Origin: Acidimicrobiaceae bacterium
Lineage (GTDB): Bacteria; Actinomycetota; Acidimicrobiia; Acidimicrobiales; Aldehydirespiratoraceae
Length of the DNA: 64,000 nucleotides
Assembly: GCA_009842325.1 (NCBI GenBank)
Contig: VYFQ01000014.1
Location: 194,026-258,025, forward strand
Reading direction: 5' to 3'
How positions within the stretch are numbered: the first letter of the stretch is position 1; every line of letters starts with the position of its first letter. Under the pieces are notes generated by a model, which worked only from the letters and a program-made list of their open reading frames with translations, was not told the origin of the DNA and made no database searches. Of the stretch, positions 46,167 through 57,166 are shown piece after piece. The translations under genes were made by a program, and so were the position numbers.

Positions 46167-47444
46167 TCACGCCGCGGCCTTCAACATCTGGTTGAGCTTC
46201 AGGGCCAACGCCTCGCGGGCCGCTCCCTCGACGGCCCGAACCGGCAGCCCGTCGATCACCTCGTCGAAGAAGCCGGCCACGATCAGGCGCTCGGCCACCG
46301 GTGTCGGGACGCCCCGGCTCTCCAGGTAGAAGACCTGGTCGGGATCCACCGGACCGACCGCGGAGGCATGGCTGCAGCGCACGTCGTTGTTCTCGATCTC
46401 CAGATTGGGTACGGACTCGGCCCAAGCGTCCTCGCTGAGCTTCAGGTTGCGGTTGGTCTGGAAGGCGTTGGTGCCCCGAGCGTCGGGCCGCACGCGGATC
46501 AGCCCGGTGTACACGCTGCGGGCCGAGTCGCCCACCGCGCCCTTGTAGAGCAGGTTGGACGTGGTGTCGGGCGCGGCGTGGTCCTGATAGGTGCGGAAGT
46601 CGAGGATCTGGTCGCCCGATCCGAAGTATGCCGACAGCAGGTCGCCGCTGGCGCCCCGGCCCACCAGGCGGGTGTCGGTCCGGGTGCGCGCGTAGCCGCC
46701 GCCCAGCGCGACCGACGCAGCGACGAGGGCGGCGTCGCGCTCCACCCGAGCGGTGTGGGCCGCGATCTGGGTGGTCCGGTGGTCGTGCTGCTGGAGGTTC
46801 ACGTAGCCGAGCCAGGCGGCCTGGCCGACATCGAGCTCGACCACGGGAACGACCAGCGCCGAACCGGCGGAGCGCTGCATGTCGAGCACTTTGGCCGACC
46901 CGTTGGACCCGACCCGCACCACCAGCCGGGGGAAGGTGGCCACTCCGGCCGCGCCCGCGTGGTGGCGCACCGCGATCACGCCTTCGACGGCCACCCCGGC
47001 GGGGATGTCCACCAGGATGGGGCACCCGGCGAATGCGTCGTTGAGCACGGTGAAGTAGTCGCTGGCCCCGTCGGCCACCGAGCCCAGCACCTCGGCGCCA
47101 TCGGATGCGTCGACCAGTGGGCCCGCGCTGACCCCCTGCTTCGACAGCTCGTCCAATCCCCTCGAGGCGACTATGCGACCGTCGGCAATATCGAGGACCG
47201 CGGCCACCGCCCCGTTGGCCGCATCCACGCCGGCCCAGGCTCCGTCCTGCGGGAAGGGTTCCTCGACTCCTGCCAGCTGGTAGGCGGCTAGGTCGAAGTC
47301 GGCGATCGCGCTGTATCGCCACTCCTCTTCGGCCGAAGTGGGAGGATTCGCAGCCGCGAAGCGCTCGGCCGCCACGGCCCGGCGTTCCGCCAGCCAGCCG
47401 GGGCCCGGCAGGCTGCGGGCCGCGTCAGTAGTGAAGGAATGCAC
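46167..47444 (-). CDS. sufD: Fe-S cluster assembly protein SufD
   Basis: Beta-helix SufBD-family C-terminus (NLEIENNDVRCSHASAVGPVD..QVFYLESRG). Operon context. Confidence 0.85.
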   Translation of the reverse strand: MHSFTTDAARSLPGPGWLAERRAVAAERFAAANPPTSAEEEWRYSAIADFDLAAYQLAGVEEPFPQDGAWAGVDAANGAVAAVLDIADGRIVASRGLDELSKQGVSAGPLVDASDGAEVLGSVADGASDYFTVLNDAFAGCPILVDIPAGVAVEGVIAVRHHAGAAGVATFPRLVVRVGSNGSAKVLDMQRSAGSALVVPVVELDVGQAAWLGYVNLQQHDHRTTQIAAHTARVERDAALVAASVALGGGYARTRTDTRLVGRGASGDLLSAYFGSGDQILDFRTYQDHAAPDTTSNLLYKGAVGDSARSVYTGLIRVRPDARGTNAFQTNRNLKLSEDAWAESVPNLEIENNDVRCSHASAVGPVDPDQVFYLESRGVPTPVAERLIVAGFFDEVIDGLPVRAVEGAAREALALKLNQMLKAAA

Positions 47445-47450
47445 TCGTAG

Positions 47451-47888
47451 TCAGCCGCCGTCGCGGTACCGCCTGCGGAAGCGCTCCCCCAGCCCGCCTC
47501 CGCCGGAGGAGGATCCGCGGCCGCCCTTGCCCTTCTTGCCCTTCGCCTTCGGGCCCCGGGCGCGCCGACGCTTGCGGCGCTCGGCCTCCACCTCGGCGAT
47601 CACGTCGGGGGCGGCCGCATTGACGATGTCCTCGGCCGCGTCGAGCAGGGCACCGATGCTGTCGTCGCTGCCGAGGCTCTCGGGCTCCGGCGGCGTCTCG
47701 GGGGTGACCAGGGAGCCGTAGCTCCAGTTGACGTCGGCCAGCCGCCGGGTGTATTTCGGGCAGTCGTCGGGACAGCGCCACGGCGCCTCTGGAGCCAGGT
47801 CGAGATCGCACTTGCGCACCGTTTCCCCGTTGGGATAGGTGCGCGACTCGAAGTACTTGCAGTCCTGGCGCATCGGCATTACTGACAT
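47451..47888 (-). CDS. Small 4-Cys protein with a highly basic Gly/Lys/Arg tail, located between sufB and sufD
   Basis: C10-x16-C27-x11-C39-x3-C43-P pattern, then ERRKRRRARGPKAKGKKGKGGRG. ATG at 47888. Confidence 0.5.
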   Translation of the reverse strand: MSVMPMRQDCKYFESRTYPNGETVRKCDLDLAPEAPWRCPDDCPKYTRRLADVNWSYGSLVTPETPPEPESLGSDDSIGALLDAAEDIVNAAAPDVIAEVEAERRKRRRARGPKAKGKKGKGGRGSSSGGGGLGERFRRRYRDGG

Positions 47889-47935
47889 TGTGTCAGGCTG
47901 CCGGGCTTTCGCGTCGCTCACCCGGCGCGGATTGG

Positions 47936-49339
<1,404 letters not shown>

Positions 49340-49439
49340 GGGATCTCCCGATCCGCTAGTGCTTGCATCTCAATCTAGCGCGGGGAGTGACGATCAGTCG
49401 ATACGCGAATCCCGCCGAGTGCCGTCGCATAGTGGAAGA

Positions 49440-49958
49440 TCAGTCGATACGGCGCTGCTCGGCGCGGTAGTGGTGGCCGCGCTGGGCGTAGACCTCTGCG
49501 TTGCGCTGGTTGTGGTCGGGATCGAGCGCGTTCTCGCGGATGCGGGCAGGGGTCCCGAGCGCCATGGCCTGGGCCGGCACGACCGTCCCGCCGGTCACGG
49601 TGGCATTGGCCCCGACCAGCGCGTTGGGGCCGATGCGGGCATCGTGCATCACCACCGACCCGACACCTATCAGAGATCCGTCCAGCACGGTGCATCCCTC
49701 CAGATGGGCCTGGTGGCCGATGGTGACCCCGTCCCCGACGATGGTGGGATGGTTGGGCGTGCAGTGGATCACCGCCCCGTCCTGCACGTTGCTGCGGGCG
49801 CCGATCCGGATCAGGCCGTCGTCGCCGCGGAGCACTGCGTAGGGCCACACCGAGGCCTCCGGACCGAGCTCGACATTCCCGATCACCACCGCCAGCGGAT
49901 GCACGTAGGCGGTCGGATCGATTCTCGGCTCCAGGTCGCCGAGCGCGTAGATCGCCAT
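49440..49958 (-). CDS. Gamma-carbonic-anhydrase-like / hexapeptide-repeat (LbH) protein
   Basis: IDPTAYVHPLAVVIGNVELG..SVWPYAVLRGD...IGARSNVQDGAVIH. Confidence 0.75.
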   Translation of the reverse strand: MAIYALGDLEPRIDPTAYVHPLAVVIGNVELGPEASVWPYAVLRGDDGLIRIGARSNVQDGAVIHCTPNHPTIVGDGVTIGHQAHLEGCTVLDGSLIGVGSVVMHDARIGPNALVGANATVTGGTVVPAQAMALGTPARIRENALDPDHNQRNAEVYAQRGHHYRAEQRRID

Positions 49959-50477
49959 CTAGAGCCCCGCGACGCGGCCGTAGCCGCCCTTCAGGAAGAT
50001 CAGCGGCCCGGGCGCCGATTGGCTGTCGCCGTCGGCCGTGCCAAGGGCGACGACCCGGCCCACCACGATGACGTGGTCGCCGGCGGAGTGGACCGCCTCG
50101 ACGCGGCAATCGATCCAGGCCACACATCCCTCGATCACCGGCGCGCCGGTGATCTCCACCCTGGTGCGCAGGCCGTCGAAGCGGTTCTCGACCTTGCTGG
50201 CGAACGTGGAGGACACGTCGGCCTGGTCATCGCCCAGAACGTTTACGCAGAAGCTGCCCACGTCGCGCATCCGGATCCACGAGTCGGAGTCATGGCCGGG
50301 ACAGAACGACACCAGGGGCGGGTCCAGCGAGACGCTGGTGAACGATCCGATCGTCATCCCCTCGGGGCCACCGGGACAGGCCGCGGTCACCACCGTGACG
50401 CCGGTCGGGTAGTGGCCCAGCACCCGGCGGAACTCGCGGCCGTCTATGAAGTCACTCCCGCCGCTGCTTCTCCCCAT
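49959..50477 (-). CDS. Flavin reductase-domain protein
   Basis: FRRVLGHYPTGVTVVT...MTIGSFTSVSLDPPLVSF...HVIVVGRV. ATG at 50477. Confidence 0.75.
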   Translation of the reverse strand: MGRSSGGSDFIDGREFRRVLGHYPTGVTVVTAACPGGPEGMTIGSFTSVSLDPPLVSFCPGHDSDSWIRMRDVGSFCVNVLGDDQADVSSTFASKVENRFDGLRTRVEITGAPVIEGCVAWIDCRVEAVHSAGDHVIVVGRVVALGTADGDSQSAPGPLIFLKGGYGRVAGL

Positions 50478-50508
50478 CGCATCGGGAGGGTAACAGTGGC
50501 ACAATCGG

Positions 50509-51966
50509 ATGATGAGTTCTGACCTCCCCCCGGTGCCGCCGCTGCCCGACGGGCTGGTGGCGGTGGTCAAGCGCGACTGCCCGACCTGCGAGCTGGTGGC
50601 TCCCGTGCTCAGCGACCTCCATGAGCGGGCTGACTTGACCGTCATCACGCAGGACGATCCGCACTTCCCGGCCGAGGCTGACTGGGTGCGCCACGACGCT
50701 GATCTGGCCCTGTCGTGGCATCACGACATCGAGACCGTGCCCACGTTGCTGCAGGTGAGCGGGGGCGTAGGCGGGCAGCGCACCGTCGGCTGGTCCCGCT
50801 CCGAGTGGGAGCAGCTGTCGGGGTTGGACGGCTTGGGCCGGGGTCTCCCGGACTGGCGGCCCGGCTGCGGATCGCTCAGCGTGGACCCCGCCCATGCCGG
50901 CGAGCTGGCCGTGCGGTTCTCCGGTTCGAGCCTGCGGAGCCGCCGGGTCGAGCTGGCCTCGCTGGAGGACGAATGGGAGGCGATGTGGGATCGGGGCTGG
51001 TCCGACGGCCTGCCGGTGGTGCCGCCGACCGAGGCCAGGGTGCTCCGGATGCTCGAGGGCACGACCCGCGACCCATCCGAGGTGGTGGCGGTGGTGCCGC
51101 CCAGCCTGGTCGAGTGCACCGTCGAGAAGGTGGCCGTCAACGCAGTGATGGCCGGCTGCGCACCCGAGCACCTGCCGGTGGCGATCGCTGCGCTGGAGGC
51201 GGTGTGCACCGACGAGTTCAACATGCACGGCGTGCTGGCCACCACCATGAGTGTCGGGCCGGTGCTGGTGGTGAACGGGCCCGTGGCCGGGCGCATCGGC
51301 ATGAACAGCGGGATCAACTCGCTGGGCCAGGGCAACCGGGCCAACTCGACCATCGGTCGGGCCCTGCAATTGGTGGTGCGCAACGTCGGCGGCGGGCATC
51401 CCGGGGGCGTGGACCGGGCCACGTTTGGCTCACCGGCCAAGGTGGGGTTCTGCTTCGCCGAGGACGAGGCGGGCTCGCCGTGGACCTCCCTGGCGGAGAG
51501 CCGGGGCTGGCGGGCGGACCAGTCCACCGTCACCGTGTTCACCGGAGAGTCGCCCAGGATCCTCGCCGACGAGCGGTCCCGCACTCCCGACTCGTTGACC
51601 CGGCACCTGGCCCAGGCGCTGCAGGCCACGGTCTCGCCCAGGATGATGTTGGGCATGGATGCCATGCTGGTGCTGTCGCCCGAGCACATGGCCCGTTACG
51701 CCGACGCGGGCTGGAGCCGGGACCGCTTCATGGAGGAACTCTCGGCCGAACTGACCTTCGACGGCGACGACCTGCTGGCCGGCGTGGGCGGCATCGCGGC
51801 GGGCCTGCCCCCCACGGCCGCCGGCCAGAAGATTCCCAAGTTCCGCCCCGGCGGGCTGCTGGTCGTCCATTCCGGCGGCCCGGCCGGCCTGTTCTCGGCG
51901 ATCATCGGCGGCTGGGCCAACGGGCCGAGGGGCAGCGACCCGGTCACCCGCGAGATCACGCCGTAG
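50509..51966 (+). CDS. Thioredoxin-like (CPTC) N-terminal domain fused to a ~380-aa domain of unknown function
   Basis: VAVVKRDCPTCELVAPVL...VPTLL is thioredoxin-fold-like. The remainder (..GNRANSTIGRALQLVVRNVGGGHPG..) was not recognised. Confidence 0.5.
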   Translation: MMSSDLPPVPPLPDGLVAVVKRDCPTCELVAPVLSDLHERADLTVITQDDPHFPAEADWVRHDADLALSWHHDIETVPTLLQVSGGVGGQRTVGWSRSEWEQLSGLDGLGRGLPDWRPGCGSLSVDPAHAGELAVRFSGSSLRSRRVELASLEDEWEAMWDRGWSDGLPVVPPTEARVLRMLEGTTRDPSEVVAVVPPSLVECTVEKVAVNAVMAGCAPEHLPVAIAALEAVCTDEFNMHGVLATTMSVGPVLVVNGPVAGRIGMNSGINSLGQGNRANSTIGRALQLVVRNVGGGHPGGVDRATFGSPAKVGFCFAEDEAGSPWTSLAESRGWRADQSTVTVFTGESPRILADERSRTPDSLTRHLAQALQATVSPRMMLGMDAMLVLSPEHMARYADAGWSRDRFMEELSAELTFDGDDLLAGVGGIAAGLPPTAAGQKIPKFRPGGLLVVHSGGPAGLFSAIIGGWANGPRGSDPVTREITP

Positions 51967-52007
51967 GAAGCTCGCGACTACCCTCACCCCGGTAAGGAGG
52001 CCGCCTG

Positions 52008-52526
52008 ATGACCACTGTCCTCGATCCCACCTCGGAGCAGGCCCCGGCAGCGCGGGAGCGGGCCACCCGGCCCGAGTCGCTGGCCGGGCTGACCGTCGGG
52101 CTGCTCGATATCTCCAAGCCCCGCGGCAACGTGTTCCTCGATCGTGTCTCGGAACGCCTCACCGGACTGGGCGCGACGGTCAACCGCTACACCAAGCCCA
52201 CATTCACCAAGCCCGCTCCGGTTGACCTGCGACACGAGATCGCCACCACCTGCGACGCGGTCATCGAGGCGCTCGCCGATTGAGGCTCCTGCGTGTCGTG
52301 CAGTGTGCACGACATCAGCGACATCGAGCGGCGCGGCGTCCCCGGCGTGTTCGTCTCGACCGTCCACTTCGCTTCGGCCGTCGAGGCACAAGCCGAGTCG
52401 CTCGGCTTCGACGCAGCCGCGGTGCTCACCCGCCACCCCATCCAGGACCGCACCGACGACGAGATGGCGGCCATTGCCGACGCCGCCTTCGACGAACTGG
52501 TCCAAGCCCTGGTCGGCCCGTCCTAG
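52008..52526 (+). CDS. UGSC-motif protein with in-frame UGA (candidate selenocysteine, residue 92)
   Basis: AAGGAGG Shine-Dalgarno 7 nt before ATG 52008. ...VIEALAD-TGA(52281-52283)-GSCVSCSVHDISDIERRGVPGVFV... continues in frame to 52526. Hairpin lies 11 nt after the TGA. Confidence 0.65.
52295..52313 (+). promoter_or_regulatory. Candidate bacterial SECIS hairpin 3
   Basis: GTCGTGCA-GTG-TGCACGAC: 8 bp stem (or 7 bp with a 5-nt loop), G in the loop. Confidence 0.5.
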
Positions 52527-52530
52527 CCAA

Positions 52531-53970
52531 CTACGACCAGGCGACCAGGGCCACTGCGATGGTGCTCGCGTAGAGGACTCGACGGCCGGAGGCGGCGCTC
52601 AGGAACATCCCGTTGGCCACTCGCGAGCCGGTTGCGACCCGGTCGATGAGGTCGCCGGTGGCGATGTCGACCACCACCAGGTCGTCCGACGGCGGGCCGC
52701 CGTCGGCTCCTGACGTGAAGTCGTTGATGACCAGTTCCCCCGACTCGGGGTACACCACCGGCTGCATGGACGGGCGCACATCCAGGTGCCATGCCACGCT
52801 CATCTCGCGGGGTGGCGGTCCGGCCGGGATCTCAACCCCGGCGAGACCGCTGTTCACCGAGTCCCAGGCGACGGCCATGCCAACGCCGGGCCGGACGTCG
52901 GGTATGTGGGCCGGAGGCGCGATGATCCCGCCGCCGGGTGTGCCGAAGGGCTCGATCTCGTCGCGGTCGCCATCGTCGGTGAGGCTGAACCGCAGCAACC
53001 GCTGAGCTCCGGACCAGGGCGCCGGGTGGCGCCACGACAGCCGGTTGCCGGGCGGTTCGTCGAAGCGGCCGTTGGGCTCGGTGGTGTGGATGGCCCGGAC
53101 CGACTCGATGTCGCCGCAGTCCATGATCCAGCAGTCCCCGTCGGAGAGGCACGAGTCCCAGGACAGGCCCCAGGCGCCCTGGGCGGCGCGGTACCGGGGC
53201 CTCCAACTCGCGTCGATCTCCAGGCCGCACCCGCCGCCGTTCCGGCCGGGCTCGCCCACGAACAAGCGCCACAGATGCTCGGTCCCGGGGACGTAGATCA
53301 CTTCCACCGTGGAGCCGTCGATGTCCACCACATCGGCGGCGATGCGTCCCATCGAGCCCTCGGGCAGCACCAGCGGCTCGCCCACCAACTCCAGGGACTC
53401 GGGCTCCAGGCGCGTCAGCGTCGTGCCGCCCTGGCCCTCGAGCCGCAGGTCCTTGGTGACGATGGTGCCGTCGCGCAGGGCCAGCATCCCGTTGTGGGAG
53501 CGGTCGGCCGGCAGCCGCCGCTCGGCCAGCACCGACAGGTCGTCGTGGTCGAGCCTGTGCAAGTAGGAGCCGTTGACGCTGTAGACCGCTCCGTTGGCGT
53601 GGGCCAGGATCGACCCGCACCACACGTGTCCTCCGCACGGGAGCCGGGGCGAGCGGGCCAGCGGCTCCAGCAACTGAGCGTCAGCGCCTCCCGCGCTCAG
53701 GTCCAGGCGCTCCACCCAGCCGTAGGGCTCGGGACCGCTGAAGGCGGGCATGGTCCCGCCCAGGTACCACTGGTCCGGTTCGCGCTCCACGAACATCACG
53801 TTCCAGCGCCCGTTGCGCTTGCTGGCCACCGAAGCTGTGCCCGCGCCGGCATCGAGGCGACCGGTGGCTGCCTTCTGCCGCCGGTTGCCCCCGCACTCCG
53901 CGGGCCACGCCGAGTGCCAGTACCCGTCCCGGGCCCCCGGCCGCCCCTCGAACCGGTCCAGCCCGGTCAT
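52531..53970 (-). CDS. Hypothetical protein, possibly beta-propeller-like
   Basis: 479 aa from ATG 53970. Repetitive beta-strand-like segments. No family recognised. Confidence 0.45.
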   Translation of the reverse strand: MTGLDRFEGRPGARDGYWHSAWPAECGGNRRQKAATGRLDAGAGTASVASKRNGRWNVMFVEREPDQWYLGGTMPAFSGPEPYGWVERLDLSAGGADAQLLEPLARSPRLPCGGHVWCGSILAHANGAVYSVNGSYLHRLDHDDLSVLAERRLPADRSHNGMLALRDGTIVTKDLRLEGQGGTTLTRLEPESLELVGEPLVLPEGSMGRIAADVVDIDGSTVEVIYVPGTEHLWRLFVGEPGRNGGGCGLEIDASWRPRYRAAQGAWGLSWDSCLSDGDCWIMDCGDIESVRAIHTTEPNGRFDEPPGNRLSWRHPAPWSGAQRLLRFSLTDDGDRDEIEPFGTPGGGIIAPPAHIPDVRPGVGMAVAWDSVNSGLAGVEIPAGPPPREMSVAWHLDVRPSMQPVVYPESGELVINDFTSGADGGPPSDDLVVVDIATGDLIDRVATGSRVANGMFLSAASGRRVLYASTIAVALVAWS

Positions 53971-54010
53971 GGTCGCCGTCCTCTGAGGCGGGCGCTCAGG
54001 ACGGCGCCGG

Positions 54011-54754
54011 TCATCGGGTGAAGAGTTCGGGGACGATCGGGCAGTCCGAGCGTCGAGCCGCCTCGGCGGGAGTCCGCAAACCGGAGGGCGTGACCACCCT
54101 GGTGACGAACCGGTCGAGATCCAGCACGGCCAGGCCCCGCATGGCCGGATCATCGGGGCGGTGCCGGGCGCTCAGGAGGTCCCACATGCGCCCGGGCAGT
54201 ATCCGCCCCGCGCCCGAGACGAGCCATACCGGAGTCCGGAAGCCGCGGGCCATCTCAGCCACCGACACGGTCTCGGCCACCACCAGCGCCTTCGACGGTC
54301 CTGCGCAGTCGCTGGTCATGAGCACCAGATCGGCTGAGGCCGCGGCCTCGAGATCGTCCGGCTCGATCCAGCGCAGATCCGGGCGGTCGTCCAGTGCGGC
54401 GGCGTAGGCGCCCAAGTCCCCGACGGCCAGAACACTCGACCCGGCGGGCAGGGCATCCATGCCGTTCGCGAGCACCTGCGGAGTTGCGTCGTCTTCAAGG
54501 TCCCCAACCACCCGCCGCGCCTCAGAGCGAGGATCCATGGCGGTGAGCATCCGGGCCGCCAGCCATACCAGCGGCGCGCAGTCGCTGCGCCGGTCCAGCA
54601 GCCGGCGGCACGACGTGAGCAGACCCTTCGGATCGTCAGCGAACGACGACAGCGCCGAGGCCGACTCCCGCACCAGCGGCACCACCGGCACAACCCCAGC
54701 CCGAGCCACATACCGAAGCCGCTCAATCGGATGCACGACGGAGATGCTACGCAC
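54011..54754 (-). CDS. Hypothetical protein (distant eIF-2B/MtnA-like fold suspected)
   Basis: The ORF is open up to 55042, but the upstream part crosses a 17 bp tandem repeat. GTG 54754 is proposed; start uncertain. Confidence 0.35.
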   Translation of the reverse strand: MRSISVVHPIERLRYVARAGVVPVVPLVRESASALSSFADDPKGLLTSCRRLLDRRSDCAPLVWLAARMLTAMDPRSEARRVVGDLEDDATPQVLANGMDALPAGSSVLAVGDLGAYAAALDDRPDLRWIEPDDLEAAASADLVLMTSDCAGPSKALVVAETVSVAEMARGFRTPVWLVSGAGRILPGRMWDLLSARHRPDDPAMRGLAVLDLDRFVTRVVTPSGLRTPAEAARRSDCPIVPELFTR

Positions 54755-54902
54755 AACCCTAAGGCGCCAGCCGGGGCACCAGGGTTCGTAGACAAGCCGC
54801 CAGACCGCGTCGGTGGCACGACCGGCCAGGCCGGGGGGTGGCGACGAGTCAGATGACCGACGAATAGGGCGAAGCCCGTGTCGGTCATCTGACTCGGCGA
54901 CA

Positions 54903-54970
54903 GGACCCGCCGGCCGGAAGGACCCGCCGGCCGGAAGGACCCGCCGGCCGGAAGGACCCGCCGGCCGGAA
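54903..54970. repeat. 17 bp perfect tandem repeat x 4 in a divergent intergenic region
   Basis: (ggacccgccggccggaa)4. Each unit contains the palindrome CCGGCCGG. The unit length is not a multiple of 3. Confidence 0.9.
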
Positions 54971-54995
54971 CAACGCGAGCGCTAGCGTTGGCTCC

Positions 54996-55481
54996 GTGAC
55001 CGCCGTCTCGCTAGATCTGGAACTGGACCCGCTAGGAGGCAAGGCCAGACCGCTGTCCTCCTGGCTAACGACCTTCCCGCTGCTGCCCGTTCTCCTAGAT
55101 CCCTACACCAATGAGAGCGCCTGGATCCTCCACACCGCCCGGCGCATCCTGGTCACCTACGCCGAAGCCGGATGCCGGACGTGCTGGGTAGTCGCCTGCG
55201 ACCCCGACGACGCCCGGCGCTTCCTCGGTCCCTACGCCGAAGAGATCCTCACCTTCTCCGACCCCGACCGCCGGGTGCCCACCGCGCTCGGGCTCGACAC
55301 CTTGCCCGCGTTCGCCTTCGTCCTCCAGAACGGGTCGGTCACCGCGGCCGCCCAGGGCTGGAACCCTGCGGAGTGGCGGGACGTGGCCGAGACCGTTTCG
55401 GACTACACGCACTGGCAGCGCCCGGTGATTGGCGACGGGCAAGACCCGGTCGCGTTCCCGGGAACGCCTGCGAGGCCCTGA
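54996..55481 (+). CDS. Thioredoxin-fold (TlpA-like) protein lacking the CxxC motif
   Basis: From GTG 54996: [14 protein letters not shown]...[14 protein letters not shown]. Resembles a redoxin fold, with the active-site Cys residues replaced. Confidence 0.4.
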   Translation: MTAVSLDLELDPLGGKARPLSSWLTTFPLLPVLLDPYTNESAWILHTARRILVTYAEAGCRTCWVVACDPDDARRFLGPYAEEILTFSDPDRRVPTALGLDTLPAFAFVLQNGSVTAAAQGWNPAEWRDVAETVSDYTHWQRPVIGDGQDPVAFPGTPARP

Positions 55482-55507
55482 GACAGGCTCCGACTGGAAC
55501 GGACGTC

Positions 55508-57166
55508 ATGGCCGCCTCGTCCGACCTCAAGGATTTCGCCTATTCGGACATGCTGCCTCTCGGCGCCGACGACACCGATTACCGGCTGGTTTCGACCGAG
55601 GGGGTCTCCACCATCGAGGCCGCGGACCGGAGGTTCCTGAAGGTCGAGCCCGAGGCGCTGACGCTGCTCACGTCGGTGGCCATGCACGACATCAACCACT
55701 ACTTGCGCTCCGACCACCTCCAGCAGCTCCGCAACATCCTTGAGGACCCCGAGGCCTCGGACAACGACCGCTTCGTGGCCACCGAGCTGCTGCAGAACGC
55801 CAACATCGCCGCGGGCGGGATCCTGCCCATGTGCCAGGACACCGGAACCGCGGTGATCATGGGACGCAAGGGCGAGCAGGTGCTCACCTTCGGCGACGAC
55901 GCCGAAGCCATCTCCCGGGGCGTCTACGACACCTACCGCATCTCCAACCTGCGCTACTCGCAGCTCGCCCCGCTGGACATGTTCACCGAGGTGAACACCC
56001 AGAACAACCTGCCCGCCCAGATCGAGATCCACTCCAAGCCCGGCGACGTCTACGAGCTGTTCTACATGGCCAAGGGCGGCGGCTCGGCCAACAAGTCGTT
56101 CCTGTACCAGAAGACCAAGGCCCTGCTCAATCCCGAGTCGCTGATCGACTTCTGCGACGAGACGCTGCGGCTGCTCGGCACCGCGGCCTGCCCGCCCTAC
56201 CACCTCGCCCTGGTGGTGGGCGGCACGTCAGCGGAATACAACCTCAAGGTGGCCAAGCTGGCCTCGGCCAAGTACCTCGACTCCCTGCCCACCTCCGGCG
56301 ACCCCGACACCGGCCACGGCTTCCGGGACCTCGAATGGGAGAAGCGGATCCTGGAGCTGACCCAGGCCTTCGGCATCGGCGCCCAGTTCGGCGGCAAGTA
56401 CTTCTGCCACGACGTGCGGGTGGTCCGCCTGCCCCGCCACGGCGCGTCCAACCCGGTGGGGATCGCGGTGAGCTGTTCGGCCGACCGCCAGGCCCGAGCC
56501 AAGATCACCTCCGAGGGGCTGTTCCTAGAGCGCCTGGAGACCGACCCGGCCCGGTTCCTTCCCGAGACCCGCGCCGACGACCTCTCCAGCGAGGTCGTGC
56601 CGGTGGACCTCGACCAGCCCATGGATGAGATCCTGGCCCGGCTGACCCGCTACCCGGTCAAGACCCGGCTGGCCCTGACCGGCACGCTGGTGGTGGGCCG
56701 CGACATCGCCCACGCCAAGATCAAGCAACGCCTGGACGCCGGCGAGCCGATGCCGGACTACATGCGGGACCACCCGGTGTACTACGCCGGTCCGGCCAAG
56801 ACTCCGCAGGGCTACGCCTCCGGGTCGTTCGGACCCACCACCGCGGGCCGCATGGACTCCTACGTCGACCAGTTCCAGGCGGCCGGCGGGTCGATGGTGA
56901 TGCTGGCCAAGGGGAACCGCTCGTCAGAGGTGACCGAGGCCTGCGCCCGCCACGGAGGCTTCTACCTGGGATCCATCGGCGGCCCCGCCGCCCGCCTGGC
57001 CCGCGACTCGATCCGGCGGGTGGAGGTGCTCGACTACCCCGAGTTGGGAATGGAGGCCGTGTGGCGCATCGAGGTCGAGGACTTCCCCGCCTTCATCGTG
57101 ATCGACGACAAGGGGAACGACTTCTTCGCCGAGGTCTCCACCCCGGTGAGGCTCCGCGGCCGCTAG
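55508..57166 (+). CDS. Class I (Fe-S dependent) fumarate hydratase, single-polypeptide form
   Basis: [25 protein letters not shown]-terminal domain GRDIAHAKI...YYAGPAKTP. Confidence 0.85.
   Translation: MAASSDLKDFAYSDMLPLGADDTDYRLVSTEGVSTIEAADRRFLKVEPEALTLLTSVAMHDINHYLRSDHLQQLRNILEDPEASDNDRFVATELLQNANIAAGGILPMCQDTGTAVIMGRKGEQVLTFGDDAEAISRGVYDTYRISNLRYSQLAPLDMFTEVNTQNNLPAQIEIHSKPGDVYELFYMAKGGGSANKSFLYQKTKALLNPESLIDFCDETLRLLGTAACPPYHLALVVGGTSAEYNLKVAKLASAKYLDSLPTSGDPDTGHGFRDLEWEKRILELTQAFGIGAQFGGKYFCHDVRVVRLPRHGASNPVGIAVSCSADRQARAKITSEGLFLERLETDPARFLPETRADDLSSEVVPVDLDQPMDEILARLTRYPVKTRLALTGTLVVGRDIAHAKIKQRLDAGEPMPDYMRDHPVYYAGPAKTPQGYASGSFGPTTAGRMDSYVDQFQAAGGSMVMLAKGNRSSEVTEACARHGGFYLGSIGGPAARLARDSIRRVEVLDYPELGMEAVWRIEVEDFPAFIVIDDKGNDFFAEVSTPVRLRGR

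Noticed and set aside
49392-49452. 14-nt direct repeat (gatcagtcgatacg) upstream of sufB and at the stop of the LbH gene
   Set aside because: Only two short copies, one of them inside coding sequence. Too little to distinguish from chance or a minor duplication.
54755-55042. Long N-terminal extensions of the two divergent ORFs meeting at 54813-55042
   Set aside because: Both cross a 17-bp-unit tandem repeat, which does not preserve the frame, and both give Pro/Arg/Gly-rich sequence. Shorter GTG starts were adopted with low confidence.
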